NCBI GenBank assembly: GCA_000182565.2
Contig: KQ257457.1
DNA: 64,000 nucleotides
Source: Spizellomyces punctatus DAOM BR117
Lineage: Eukaryota
Direction: 5' to 3' (one strand)
The notes beneath the pieces were generated by a model, which was given only the letters and a program-made list of their open reading frames with translations, was not told where the DNA came from and ran no database searches. The position numbers and the translations under genes were made by a program. Positions 1 to 12,190 of this stretch are shown piece by piece (position 1 is the stretch's first letter; each line of letters starts with the position of its first letter).

Positions 1-1364
1 ATTGTGCCCGAGGTGCTCCAGGCGAAATGCTTGGGATAGCCAGAGAGCCTGTAAAACGTGTATGAGCAATCAGCTCTTGCGTTGAGTCGACTGCACCCAT
101 ATGCCGACCTGACCCGCAACCCAAAGAGACAAGAGTCCAATACCGAGTTTCCATTGATCTGCCACAAGGCGGCTGCTAGGCAAAATAATGGGTAGAAAAC
201 AGAGGTACCACATAAAATACTACATAGGAAAATGATCAGCACACGGAGTAGGATCCACAAGAACAGTCGATCCACCATCACACCTGAGAGGTACAAACTT
301 TGTTCAACATAACAAAAGCAAATGTCTGCGCAAAGGTTGCGAATACGACATCTTTCGCGAGGACGGCCCCGACTACCGTTACTAGGCCAAGCTGTGGGGC
401 AAACGAGAGGATTGAAATGATTCTTGAGATTAAGGGGCCGTTCAACACAGCAGATGCCGGTTCATGGGAAGAGAGGTACATGTGGTAGAAATACGGCGAA
501 AAGTTGTGGCGGTGGTCTTTACGTGTGACGTGGTAGAGGTATGTTCCCTCAAGAAACTCATGACCATAACTACGGCGGGTGAGCTGAAATCCTCGTTCGG
601 TTACAGAAGTGCAATACTACTCACATATAGTACATCAAGGCGGTCAGTGCAAAAAAAACACCTCCGCTGATGAAGCCGAACTCTAAGCGCTTCCAAGTGA
701 AAAATGCCCTGACTCGCCGACCCACAGATGCGTTCCGGTACCTGTCCTGCGTCGCTGCTCTCCTCACATTATCAGTTGCTTTTGTCCTTTTTCCTTCCTC
801 CCCCTCGAAATCGGAATCCAAAAATAACCAAAAAGGGACAGCATAAATAATAGGATAAATCTTAAAGTGTACGCCAATTCCAAACACGACGGCGCCTATT
901 CGTCGCCATTTCTTTACAATCAACGCCCATAATACTGCCAACACTAACGCAGCAACTATACTCTCCGCATTTCCCCGCGTCGATATTGCGATAACGAACG
1001 GGTTGAGCATCCACACCGCTGCATACTTGCTTGCACGATGATCTCCCATACCGCGAGCAGTCAAGATCTCATGAATGAACCATCCTGCGACAAGATCACA
1101 TATGCAAAAGAGAATTTTTCCCCATAACGGGTGAAGAGTTATATTTGGAAGTACCAGATAAGCGAGCAGCGGTGTGTAGCGGTAGGTCGCTCGAAGATAA
1201 GGTGACAACCCTTGAGAAATATATCGGGCTCCATCGGTGAAAACGAGGTAGTCAATATCCGTGAATTTGACAACGGGATGTCTGTCTTGGTAAGCGCCAT
1301 AGATGAGGAACCCAGCGTGAAGTAGAATTGAAGCGAGGGTCAAAGTCTTGAAAGTTAATCCCAT
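1..1364 (-). CDS. GPI14: GPI mannosyltransferase 1 (PIG-M/Gpi14), multi-exon, 3' end runs off the window
   Basis: Motifs KFTDIDYLVFTDGA, SPYLRATYRYTPLLA, STRGNAES and GVHFKIYPIIY are PIG-M signatures; further exons lie at ~300-560 and to the left. Confidence 0.93.
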
Positions 1365-1592
1365 GGCCAGTCAAGTCCAGCGATCGGGCAGAGAGTTGCT
1401 GCCCTGCACTCTCGGCAAAACATCGGAGCCTCAAGTAAGCAGCGTCAAAGCCAACAGACGCGTCTCTGCTGTCTGGTGGAAGGCGAAGAGATCATGGGCG
1501 ACGAGACAGGAAAGTTTCGACATAGCGCGCTCAAAAGCAGATGGTCTGCCTAATAACAGCTGTCTATCGAATTCCATTCCTCAAACCGTACC

Positions 1593-3672
1593 ATGTTGGC
1601 CATCAAGAAACACGAGCAGTCTGGGACCGCGTCACTCTCTTGGCAACGAGTCTCCGCCGCACCTCCCAGACCACCGCTTCTACGAACAAGAACATTTCTT
1701 TCCCGGGAACTGGGTTCTTCGAATGCCCTAGATTTGAGTTACGGAAAAGGCGAACGGCCACTGGCTACGGTCTTGCGGGAAGCTGCAAATAGAGAGAGGT
1801 GGGTGTACGACGAAAAGGCGGTGGAACCTGCAGGTGGGTAATGGACGTAGGCTGTTTGCTCAGGTCTGTCAACGTCATGCCGCTAGATGGGTTTTGCTCT
1901 GTTGTGGCACTTATGTGTATCGCACGGTGGAGAGACTTAGCTCACTCGGTTCTAGTCCTATATTTTTCTTGTACTTGCAGAACGCCAATTTGAAGGAACT
2001 GCCGGAAGAGATTCAACTGCTAGTCTCGTTGACACATTTGGATGTATCTTTCAACATTGTGGAATGCATTTCTGAGGCCATTTTTGAGCGTCTCGCAGAT
2101 TTGCAGTATTTCAACGCACAAAGCAATCAGCTCAAAGCTCTTCCGCATACCTTGGCGAAATGCACAAGACTTGAACAACTGCGGCTTTTCAAAAATTATC
2201 TGGAGGAGCTTCCTGATTATATTTTTACATCACTAAGACACCTGAGGATTTTGGATGTCTCCGTAAATCGGCTCCAACGGTTACCGGACGCGATATTTGA
2301 TGCTTGCGGTAATCTGGAAGAGCTAGCGTTACGACGAAATCGAGTCTCAATACTGCAGGCCAGTATTGGAAAGCTAAAATGGCTGAGGCGACTCATCCTT
2401 GCAGGAAATGTTCTCCAGACAATTCCAGAAACCATTAACAATCTCGCAAACCTGGTGAACCTCGACCTGTCCGACAACCGGCTCACGCGCATACCCTATC
2501 GGGCTTTTGCGGGCATGCTTGCCCTGACTGATTTGAATCTAAGCAGTAACCAATTGAGAGAGTTGCCTTATATGGGCGACTTGAAGAGTTTGCGTGTATT
2601 GAATATCGAGCGGAATCCTATTTCCGTGTTGCCCCCTATACTTGCGACACTTCCAGAGCTCGAAATTCTTGAGATTGATCTAAGCACCACGTCAGCAATC
2701 AACTCACCACCGTTGGAGCTATGTCGAGAAGGACTGGAGCGTATTAAAACATTCCTACTCGCGTCCTTGAAACGATCGCCAAATCCGTCTTCACTGTGTG
2801 AGGCACGAGCCACTGCCTTAAATACCCCGGCACCCGTAGCAGCCGAGCCCAGCGTTGATGTATGCGATGGAAGTACGTCTGCTGCAGACCTGAAACCCAG
2901 ACAGTTTTTGAAGGTCACCGCCGAGGAATTGAAGGAAGGAGGTCTTCTGGTAGATCACCAATCTCTTCCGCTTGACGTTCTGGCTCTATGCGCGATCCGC
3001 TTGCATCAGGAAGAAGATAAGCATGCTGTGAGAAACCTTGTGCGCAAGATTGTCACCGCATTGCGGCGACGGCTTGGTGATCAGAAGGACGTAGCATCTC
3101 TGTCTCTGTGGTTATCCAATGTAGTGTACTTTTCAAGCGCACTGAAAAGCCATCGGACTGAGCTGAAAGAAAACGATACATTACTTCAACAATTGGTTCA
3201 AGATGTCTACGCGCGTCTCATTGATAGCGTGCGGTCCGATCTTTCGCCTATGATTGTCGAAGCGTTTTCGGATGACTCTAATGTCAGTCCCCAAGGATCC
3301 ATCCCATTTACACCGTCAACCGTCAGCTCATTCAACAACAGAAGTAGTCTACGTGAAGGTCGCATGACTGTTCGAATCCTTTTAGATCACCTCAGCGATA
3401 CTATCAAAGTTCTCAACCAAAACAATCTACCTGGCACAATAGTTCAGCACCTAATTCATGAACTCTTTCGAACTATGGACGCCCAGCTCGTCAATGGCCT
3501 GGTTTTGCGTTGTACACGCAAGATGAAGTCTATAATCCGTCGAAATATCGATGTAGTCGACTTGTGGTGTATGGTGAACGATATTCACTTGGTGGAATGC
3601 TTTGTTTTTTCGAGAAGTCTGCTGGAAATTGTCAGTCCTGAAGTGGATCCCTCCAGAAATAGTCCTGAATAA
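1593..3672 (+). CDS. Leucine-rich repeat protein with C-terminal DIL (dilute)-like domain
   Basis: Many LxxLxLxxNxL repeats at 1970-2690. The C-terminal LSLWLSNVVYFSSALK and IVQHLIHELFRTMDAQLVNGLVLR resemble the DIL domain. Start at ATG 1593 assumes a phase-compatible intron at ~1838-1886. Confidence 0.8.
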
Positions 3673-3789
3673 AATTACAAGTTACTATTGATCTTCTATT
3701 TATCCACGAAGTGCATGGAGCTGATTGTTGACCCCATCAAAGTCCACTATATACATATCCGCACCACATATGACTCATGCACATAAACT

Positions 3790-5186
3790 TCACGAAGAAA
3801 CCTTGTCAAAAGGCAACAAGCTTCCAAAAGGTAAATGCTGAACTACAGGGAACTTGTGAAGCACTTCCGCAATGTACATTTTTAGCATTCCGGTATTGAC
3901 TTTGGCCCAGTATGGTACGCCACAAATATCGTAGAGCATCGGTGAGTGCTCATAAAAAGGACCTTTCTTGACCTAGGGTGGCTATTAGTGATCACAAAGC
4001 GTGCGTAAGACATTACGCGCGTTGCGTACTTCATGGATGTAAGCAATGCAGGACAAGTACAGGTATTCTTTGCGGAAATGCGAGACAAGCTCGTCTTGTA
4101 GTACTGATTTGGGTTTCAACCGTGGGTGATCTTTGTGTGCGGACACATGAATACAAACTCTAAAGCTTTAATCCTTGAACGAAACGAGCTTACCTAACAG
4201 CTGTGCACTTCCCCAATAATAGGGAAGAAACTGATGATCATCTAGTCCCCATACACCATGGCTTCCAGCAGGCTCGAGAAGATATATGCGCTGCAATCGT
4301 CGTACAATCGACAAGTAGCTATGACAAGAATATGGACATGAATAAACCACATTTACCTACGTCGCAGACCTATACACACCTTGCAAAGACTCTAGTTACA
4401 AGAGCTTGATAATCATCTGGTACAACAACTTCCAACAGATCCAAACAACACAGCCATGCAACAAACGATAGCTCATGCCCGCTTCCATAGTCGATCCGTG
4501 TGCCGTGCCCAAAAGCAGAGGTGAGGTATGGTAATAATTCCGGAGTAGCTGGCTGCCGAGCGTCAGGAATAATGCCGTTTATGAGGGATTCGGCGTTCTA
4601 TTGACTGATTTAAGCATGTACTTTCAAAATTTAGACTCTTCCGAGGGTGAAACGTACAGCTTCCAGACGTTGAATCCATGTTCTAAAAGCTTTATTTCCA
4701 AATCGCTGGGGAGACTCCAGCGGTGGAATATCGTCTATCCACTTGTCCAGTGTGTTTAGCATGTCCAGGATTTTTTGTACTGTCTGACCATAATATCGGG
4801 ATTGGATAGAGTAGAGGTATGTAATAAAAAACGACGCTCATTAGTGTCCGTTCCCTCCGTTCCTTTTATGAGATTCATATATCCCGTTCAATCACCTCAG
4901 ATACTGTGCAAGGATCGCTGTTTTTCTTGTTTTTTACCGCCTCATTTAATACTTGTATAAACTCCAATAGTCGAACATAGGCGTCCGAACGTTGCCATTG
5001 GTGCATAGTTGCTTCGTCGTTGATGCGTTTGATAGGCACGGTGAATGTGTGATCTTGTGCAATCTGGATATGGGCGCGCTGATGTGTGAATTTCGGAACT
5101 ATGACGGGCGTACCCGCTTGTCCAGGCGGACGGATAGGTGTCCCAGGCGGCGGCATGCTGGGAAGCAGTGAGTTTGGATTGAACAT
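3790..5186 (-). CDS. Phosphotyrosyl phosphatase activator (PTPA/Rrd1-Rrd2 family), multi-exon
   Basis: [41 protein letters not shown] and the C-terminal [22 protein letters not shown] introns. Confidence 0.93.
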
Positions 5187-5282
5187 TTTGCAAATTGCGA
5201 GCCAACCGTAGAATCTGTCGACGATCCAGCAGAACTTATAGCCGATCGTTCGGTGACTGTGCGTGGCACAGCTCATGACGCA

Positions 5283-6107
5283 ATGGCTGACAATATCATG
5301 GCGGACTCGACCTTTCAACCCATGGTGGACGGACTATCCCTCATGGCACCAGCATACCACGCACCTTCACAACAGAGTTGGATGGATCCAAACGACAAGT
5401 CCTTCAATTCAACCACCGTATTCAATTCAACGGGCATGGCAACCCAGAACCTACCTTCACCGACTCCAACGACCCTCCTTTTGCTCTCAAAGCTTCTTGG
5501 AACGGTCATCTTGGTCCTTGGGTCCACGCTAAAACTCCCCTCGCTCCTCCCTATCCTCAAAGTGCAATCAACTCACGGTATTCCAATAGCACCGATAGCT
5601 CTCGAGACGTTCGGGTTCACCATTGGGCTGGCCTTTAACATTCGAGCAGGAAACCCCTTTACTACTTGGGGAGAAGTACCATGCCTTCTTGCGGCTAATT
5701 TATTGATACTTGCCGTACACTGGAAACGGCGACCATTGAGTGTGGTGGTTCCATTCTTGGCTCTTTATGCGCAGGTATTGAGACTGTTGATGAACTCCAG
5801 CAAGGTGTCCGATTCGATGTTACAGACTCTTCTGGGATTGACGGTGCCGGCATTTATGACCGGCTCCGTGGTGCAAATCTTTGAGAATTGGCGGGTAAAA
5901 CACATTGGTGCGATATCACCTGCGACGCTATCTATGGGATTACTATGTGGGCTGGGACGGATGTTTACGACGTTGGTGGAGGTGGATGATCCTGTCGCAA
6001 GGGTTTCCGCTGTTCTGGGTGCGTCCTTGGGAGTCGTCATGTTTTGGCAGATGCTAGCATATAGAGAGAATACAAAGAGATTCTTGGAGGCGGGGAAAAT
6101 GAAGTAA
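5283..6107 (+). CDS. PQ-loop protein, MPDU1/Lec35-like (mannose-P-dolichol utilization)
   Basis: Intronless hydrophobic ORF with SKLLG..ILVLGSTLKLP, GNPFTTWGE, QIFENWR..HIGAIS and LGRMFTTLVEVDD, matching the MPDU1 pattern. Confidence 0.8.
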   Translation: MADNIMADSTFQPMVDGLSLMAPAYHAPSQQSWMDPNDKSFNSTTVFNSTGMATQNLPSPTPTTLLLLSKLLGTVILVLGSTLKLPSLLPILKVQSTHGIPIAPIALETFGFTIGLAFNIRAGNPFTTWGEVPCLLAANLLILAVHWKRRPLSVVVPFLALYAQVLRLLMNSSKVSDSMLQTLLGLTVPAFMTGSVVQIFENWRVKHIGAISPATLSMGLLCGLGRMFTTLVEVDDPVARVSAVLGASLGVVMFWQMLAYRENTKRFLEAGKMK

Positions 6108-6361
6108 AGGGTCTCGCCAGAGATATCTTAGCCCGTCTTATACAATCATTTTTCAACAGATCTGTACTACAATCATGATGACCTCTTCATAACCTTTTCC
6201 AGTCGTGTTAGTTCATCTTAGGTTGGTTCCCATGTCACAGTCCCATTGTATTAACAAGAATCATGACTTTCGTCATGAGAAGCATGTGCACCCCCACCCC
6301 CATTAAAGAGCAACCAACGGGTTGGAAATCTCCGTGCGGAATTACTTCCTAAATAACAGTT

Positions 6362-7614
6362 TTAAAATCGCTTAAAAGACCTCTCCTCCCGCATTCTCAG
6401 GACCACCCATATTCCGTAACAGACCACTGCAAAGATTGTTAGCGACAGAAGGATAGTGAAATAGTGCCAGGCCCCCCCTGAAGACTTGTTGACTAAGTTT
6501 TGTTGACTGTGCTCGGGACGGGAATGTGATGGCTGTTTTGCACATGGTTACAGTTAGTGCATATCATATGGGGCAGTTGGAACTGTGGAAGACTCACGTT
6601 GGTAATGCCTTTTGTGGTAATAGTGATGATGTCGTGGTTATCTGGCGCATAAATACAATCATCAATAATTAACGTAGGGCGCTGCGAAAGGAAAAAGGGT
6701 TCATTACATACCAGAGACATCCCCGGTAAACGCCGAGAAACCTAGGTACCCGTGAGTTGGCAGCGACACATTGTACTTTGTAAAGCATTGTTCCCACGTA
6801 TCATCGCCCTTGTAATTGAGTGACACTTCCACCATATCATCTTTATAATATTTGATTCGAGCTTTTGTCGCCACATCCTTCTGCCTGAAGTCGACCGAGC
6901 ATCCACCGATTTGATTTGTCACGCCATCGTTCGCATGGTCATACTTTGTTTTACCGTCCCCAATCATGGCATTGACATAGGGGAAGGAAAATTTGTGTCT
7001 TCCATTGGCATAAGTATCGAAAAATACTCCGAGCCCAGTGAATTGGTCCTTGCTGCCGTAAACCGGACCCCCCTGTTCTTTGTCGGTGGTGTACCAGAAC
7101 GCAAAACCATCCCCATGAAGACCTGAGCTTGCCCCGTGGACCTTGAAGTCGAATTCCACGAGCCAGGAGCTACTGGTGAACGGCTGATGATTGGTGTTTG
7201 TGCATAAGAGATTGATGGAAAGGATATATAGATATGAACAACATAGATATTACCTGTTTACTCCATAGCCAACCTGACTTTGAGGGTAGCTCAGGAGTCA
7301 GGCGAACGAATCGGTTCACCTCCATCAGTGCATCTAAACAAGAGATTCATCAGCCATCTTGATGTGTTGTAATGCGATATTTGCGGTCAATACCTCCACC
7401 AAAGTTCCACCATCTGTTCTGCAGGTTCTCCTCTAAATGCAACTCATAGTTTAGTACAAATTCCAAGAGAAACTTGCATCATAAAAGACACGTTACCAAT
7501 GTATGGCGGTGCAAGGCACCAACTGAACAACGTAAAGTACTGCTCTGAGGACGACTCTTGAGAGCTCACACCGCAAACGAGTATGGATAATACTCCCAAT
7601 ATTAGAGCTTTCAT
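6362..7614 (-). CDS. Legume-type (L-type) lectin cargo receptor, VIP36/LMAN2-like, multi-exon
   Basis: Signal peptide MKALILGVLSILVCG; EFDFKVHG..LHGDGFAFWYT, GLGVFFDTYAN and LPTHGYLGFSAFTG; C-terminal TM segment followed by ...SFKRF*. Confidence 0.9.
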
Positions 7615-7878
7615 TGTCAATTGCGGGTTTATAAGAAAATATGATGCAGAACCAAGGGCGAAAAGCGGCGCGCCAGAGTTCTACCAGCTATGAGGCTCCT
7701 TTGCGCGTCCTGAATTGTCCAAATCAACTGTCGTTAGATGTCTGAATAAATCAAACCGCTTTACGTCGTCTCCCTTACCTACGATGGGCACCTGCTCTTC
7801 GTTTAACCTTCGTCGTGCTGCGGCGATCGCCCCGAAACTTGTGTGTTCCAACACTTTCGATGCGCAGCAGCACTTGCA

Positions 7879-7918
7879 GCCACGTGACACACATTCGGAC
7901 CAATCACAGAATGCCAAC
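7879..7918 (+). promoter_or_regulatory. Candidate ER-stress elements in the shared lectin/calnexin promoter: GCCACGTG plus CCAAT-N9-CCAAC
   Basis: GCCACGTG at 7879-7886; CCAAT (7900-7904), cacagaatg, CCAAC (7914-7918). Motif resemblance only. Confidence 0.35.
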
Positions 7919-8069
7919 ATTTGTGTAATCAAACCATAAAAGGAAAGCGTCTATTGAGGCCTGTGGGAATAAAGGGCGGGGTCCCCTTGGCCTTCCCATC
8001 GCCGTCTTGCAGCCCATCATCTTCCCCAATCCTTCCACTGCGCTTCTTGTTGCTCAGTCTGAAATCGCG

Positions 8070-10321
8070 ATGAAGCTCCGTTACATTGTGCCCGCGTGCC
8101 TAGCGCTCGCGTCTGTTGCGGTCGCTGATTCCCAAGATGGCGTCTCTGTTGCGTTTGTGGTACGTGTGCACTTGTGTTGGTTGGCAATTGCTCGACTGTG
8201 ATGCTCACACTCGGCCCATGGACTATGATTATATTGTAGCCAACATCGCTTAATGCCCCTTTTCTGGAGCAATTCGCATCTGGATGGGAACGTCGCTGGA
8301 CACCGTCCGAGACTAAAAAGTCTGTCGACGGAGTGGAGGACGAGGAGCTCCTCCGATACCGCGGCCAATGGGGTGTTGAGGAACCTCAAAACTCTGTCAT
8401 TTCAGGAGACGAGGGACTGGTCGTCAAAACTGCCGCAGCACATCATGTAGGAGATCTCACGATTGTTCGGTAGAGGTTAAGGATGATAGATCATTGACAC
8501 ATGCATACCTCTGTAGGCAATTGCCGCAAAGTTTGACAAGCCTGTGGACCCGACTGGAAAATCTCTGGTTGTGCAGTAAGTCACTCATTATGGGAATCTC
8601 CAACGGTCTGAATTTTGTGATGCTGACCAGGTTGATATTACAGGTATGAGGTCAAGCTTCAGAACGGATTAGAGTGTGGGGGAGCGTACATGAAGCTTCT
8701 CTCCCAAGATAACTCGTTTGATCCCAAAAAATTCGACGACAAGACTCCCTACACCATCAGTAAGTTCAAGGCTTTATCAGCGCATCTCTCTACCGGCCGA
8801 TTGTTGACTTTCGATCCTAGTGTTCGGTCCCGACAAGTGTGGATTGACCAACAAGGTCCACTTCATTTTCCGCCACAAGGTTTGTGCAGAACCTACGTAT
8901 TCTTGATACCCGGTATCTTACTAACCGTATTTGTCATTTGTCATCCAGAACCCCAAAACTGGGGAGTTTGAAGAAAAGCATGTCAATGCCCCACCAGCGG
9001 CCAAAGCGGACAAGAACACTCACCTCTACACGTTGATTGTGAATCCCGACCAATCGTTCAAGATTCTCATTGACAATGAAGAAGTCAAGAAGGGCTCTCT
9101 TCTTGAGGATTTCACTCCTTCTGTCAACCCCCCAAAGGAAATCGATGATCCTAATGACAAAAAGCCATCTGACTGGGTTGAGGAAGCTCAGATTCCTGAT
9201 CCAAAAGCCACAAAGCCTGATGACTGGGATGAGGAGGCACCCCTTGAGATTGTGGATGAAGATGCCAAGAAACCTAGCGATTGGCTTGATGACGAGCCCT
9301 TGACCATTCCCGATCCTGAAGCTCAGAAGCCTGAAGATTGGGACGATGAGGAAGATGGTGACTGGGTCGCCCCGACTATCCCTAACCCCAAATGTGAAAA
9401 GGCGTCTGGATGCGGCGAGTGGAAAAAGCCCACGAAAAGGAATCCCAACTACAAGGGCAAGTGGAAGGCCCCATTGATTGACAACCCCAAGTACAAGGGC
9501 CCTTGGGCGCCGCGCAAGATCCCCAACCCCAACTACTTTGAGGACAAGACACCTTCCAACTTTAACAAGATTGTAGGGATCAATCAGATTGAAAGTTTTG
9601 GTCGTGTGTATGTTGTAACACTTTTTTCTGCTTAGGGTGCAATTGGATTCGAACTCTGGACCATGCAAGATAAGATTCTCTTTGACAACATCTATGTTGG
9701 ACACAGCGCAGAGGATGCCAAGAAATTGGCGGAAGAGAGCTTTGCGATTAAGGCTAAATTGGAGAAGAAGGACGAACCCAAGCCAGAAAAGGAGAAGGTG
9801 GGCATGAAGCTTCATTCCGTTATTCTTAGTATGGCGCAATGCTTATCACATGGCGGTCCAGGGCGAGACCAAGGACTTGCCTCTTCTTGAGAGAGTCAAT
9901 GTAATCAAAGACCAAGTCCTCGACTTTGTTCAACGTGTTCAGAAAGACCCTGTCGAAGCTATCCAGGAGCTTCCACAGATCGCCGCCGGCGTCATTGGTA
10001 CCGCCATTGTCGTTCCTATGTTATTGGTGGGGGCCATTATCAGCATGGGATCCAAAAAGGTGAAGCGCATCTTGATGTACCAGTAGCTGACGAATTGGTT
10101 GCTGACATGATTTCTATTCTGCACCACAGCCCGCTGCAAAGAAGGTTAAGAAGGTAGACGTCGCCGCCAAAAAGAAGGACGCACAGCCTGATGAGGACGA
10201 GGAAGAAGAGGAGGAGGAAGTTGTTGTTGTGAAAAAGAAGGATGAGAAGAAGGACGGGGCCCAAAAGAGAAAGACTGCGGGGAAAAAGGACAAGGACGAA
10301 GAGGACGAGGAGGATGAATAG
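8070..10321 (+). CDS. CNE1: Calnexin, multi-exon
   Basis: Signal peptide; [28 protein letters not shown]-domain repeats IxDPxxxKPxDWD, GxWxxPxIxNPxY; TM helix and acidic/basic tail. Confidence 0.96.
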
Positions 10322-10666
10322 ATGTGGTGTGGTTTTTGGAGGCATTTACTTTTTTTTCTGTAGTTTTTTTTTGCCATACCTTTTAACGTTTTGGGTTTAC
10401 ATGGTGGTGTTGTGCAATGATTGTGGACAATCAAAACAATAAGAAACCTCATTTGGCCAAAGAGTGTCCAACCGCTGTTTTACAAATAACCTACTGGTGG
10501 CAGTAGGATGAAGAGGAGCATTATGCACTTTAAGAGTTATTTTTCTTTATTTCTTAATGCTCATTATTTAACGAGCGCAAAAAAGGAATATACAATATCC
10601 ATCCAACCGAAAAAAATAATAATCTGTACAGATAAAGAATAAAGAATAATGGAAAAATGACTAGGT

Positions 10667-12190
10667 TCAACATCTCAAAGCACCCCCAACTGCCACGACA
10701 ACGGCCGGTGCCTCAAGAAAGCCCACGTCCCTTTTTGTTTTTCCAGCCAACACCAACTTCCAGTATAGCCGCTTAATTCTCTCAGTATTTCTGGCGCCAA
10801 CCAAGGTCAAGGCCAAAACGCAGAGGCACATGTATCGGAGTTTGGTTGACGACAAGAAAGAGTAGAGGGTTGCGGGGGTTTTAAGGAGAGTAGATTTTAT
10901 CAGCGTTCTGCGGCGGCGTCTGGGCGGCTGTTGTGAAGCTGCGAGCGGTATCGCATGGTCGGGACGGTTGAATGGGCGCATGACGAGTCCACCACCTGCG
11001 TTTGAGGAGCGAAGGGATGTGTAGCCGGATCCGGAGACGGCAGCCTGTGCCGCCAGGGTTTTGAGACTTTTTGTGCTTCCGACGCGATTCATACCATGCA
11101 GGTTGCGGCCACTCGAGACGCGTAGCAGGTTTTGCAAATCTGCTGCGGAGCGACAGGGTGTCATGGGAGCTTCGACGGCATCGTACCAAATGTCCTCATC
11201 TTCGTGGTAACCTTCGTCTTCAGCGTCCATCAAGGATATTTGGTGGGATATGCGCGGAGATGTAGAGTGATAGTTTGGATGGCAAAAGTTGGTGTATACT
11301 GGGCATGTGGTAAGCGAATAGGGTGTAGCCTCATAGCCTCCAAGGCAAGTGGGGAGGTTTTCGGGGGAGATATGGGCAGTCAGTTCCCCAGTGGTGAGGA
11401 ACATGAGTTTTTTGGTTGCGTCCGCTGGCAGAGCCGTTTTGAGCACAGACCAGATACCAGAGTGGATCCAGCCATAGTTGAGAACGTAGACCGTGCCGAC
11501 AGTTTGGGGATAGTGATGAGAGAAGAGGTCGTGGAAAAGGGGTATCATGTCATATTTAACATTGTTTAATCCGACGCCTTCCAAGTCGACAATGATAGAT
11601 ATCTGGGCAATGATGCGGTCGCTGGCCTCATCTAATATGCCCAACTCTCTCCGTTTCCTCACTTCCTCGTTGATGGATTGAACGACCCTGCGTGCAACTT
11701 CCATGGCCAGTATAAAGAACCATCTGAGATCCTCGAAATCACCATGCCCGTGTTTCGAAAAGTGACGGAGATTAAGCACAGCCACCGGACGGCCTAACTT
11801 GTCTGTTCGTAAAAAATAAAAGAGGCCCTTTTGGAGGTATTGGAGGGCAGAGGGAGGGAGGGAAGATAAAGAAAGGTTTGGAAGGTCATTTTGTAGTCGC
11901 CAGTCGATATGGCTGAGAAGAGCTGCATGCGTTGCGGCGTGGTCATATTTGTGCTTTTTGTAAAAGCGAAACAAGAGTGCTATATTTCCCGGTGAGCTTT
12001 GACATGTATAGCAAAACCGAAACGCTGCTGCCCGATTCTCACCTTCGTCGACCAACAGTTCCGCAATGTGATGCAGTTCTCTCCGCGACAAATCCATATC
12101 CTTTCTCGACGCAGCAATCGTCTTTGCCAAGGCGTCTCTCACTGCCGCAATGCCTTGGGCATGCTGTCTGACGAGCATAGTCAAGTCCAT
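10667..12190 (-). CDS. CRAL-TRIO (Sec14-like) lipid-binding protein with C-terminal hydrophobic segment
   Basis: DKLGRPVAVL, IIVDLEGVGL, HHYPQTVGTVYVLN and ISPENLPTCLGG; probable short in-frame intron near 11975-12020. Confidence 0.88.
   Translation of the reverse strand: MDLTMLVRQHAQGIAAVRDALAKTIAASRKDMDLSRRELHHIAELLVDEGENRAAAFRFCYTCQSSPGNIALLFRFYKKHKYDHAATHAALLSHIDWRLQNDLPNLSLSSLPPSALQYLQKGLFYFLRTDKLGRPVAVLNLRHFSKHGHGDFEDLRWFFILAMEVARRVVQSINEEVRKRRELGILDEASDRIIAQISIIVDLEGVGLNNVKYDMIPLFHDLFSHHYPQTVGTVYVLNYGWIHSGIWSVLKTALPADATKKLMFLTTGELTAHISPENLPTCLGGYEATPYSLTTCPVYTNFCHPNYHSTSPRISHQISLMDAEDEGYHEDEDIWYDAVEAPMTPCRSAADLQNLLRVSSGRNLHGMNRVGSTKSLKTLAAQAAVSGSGYTSLRSSNAGGGLVMRPFNRPDHAIPLAASQQPPRRRRRTLIKSTLLKTPATLYSFLSSTKLRYMCLCVLALTLVGARNTERIKRLYWKLVLAGKTKRDVGFLEAPAVVVAVGGALRC

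Noticed and set aside
8934-9839. 301-aa minus-strand hydrophobic ORF
   Set aside because: Antisense shadow of the calnexin P-domain exon.
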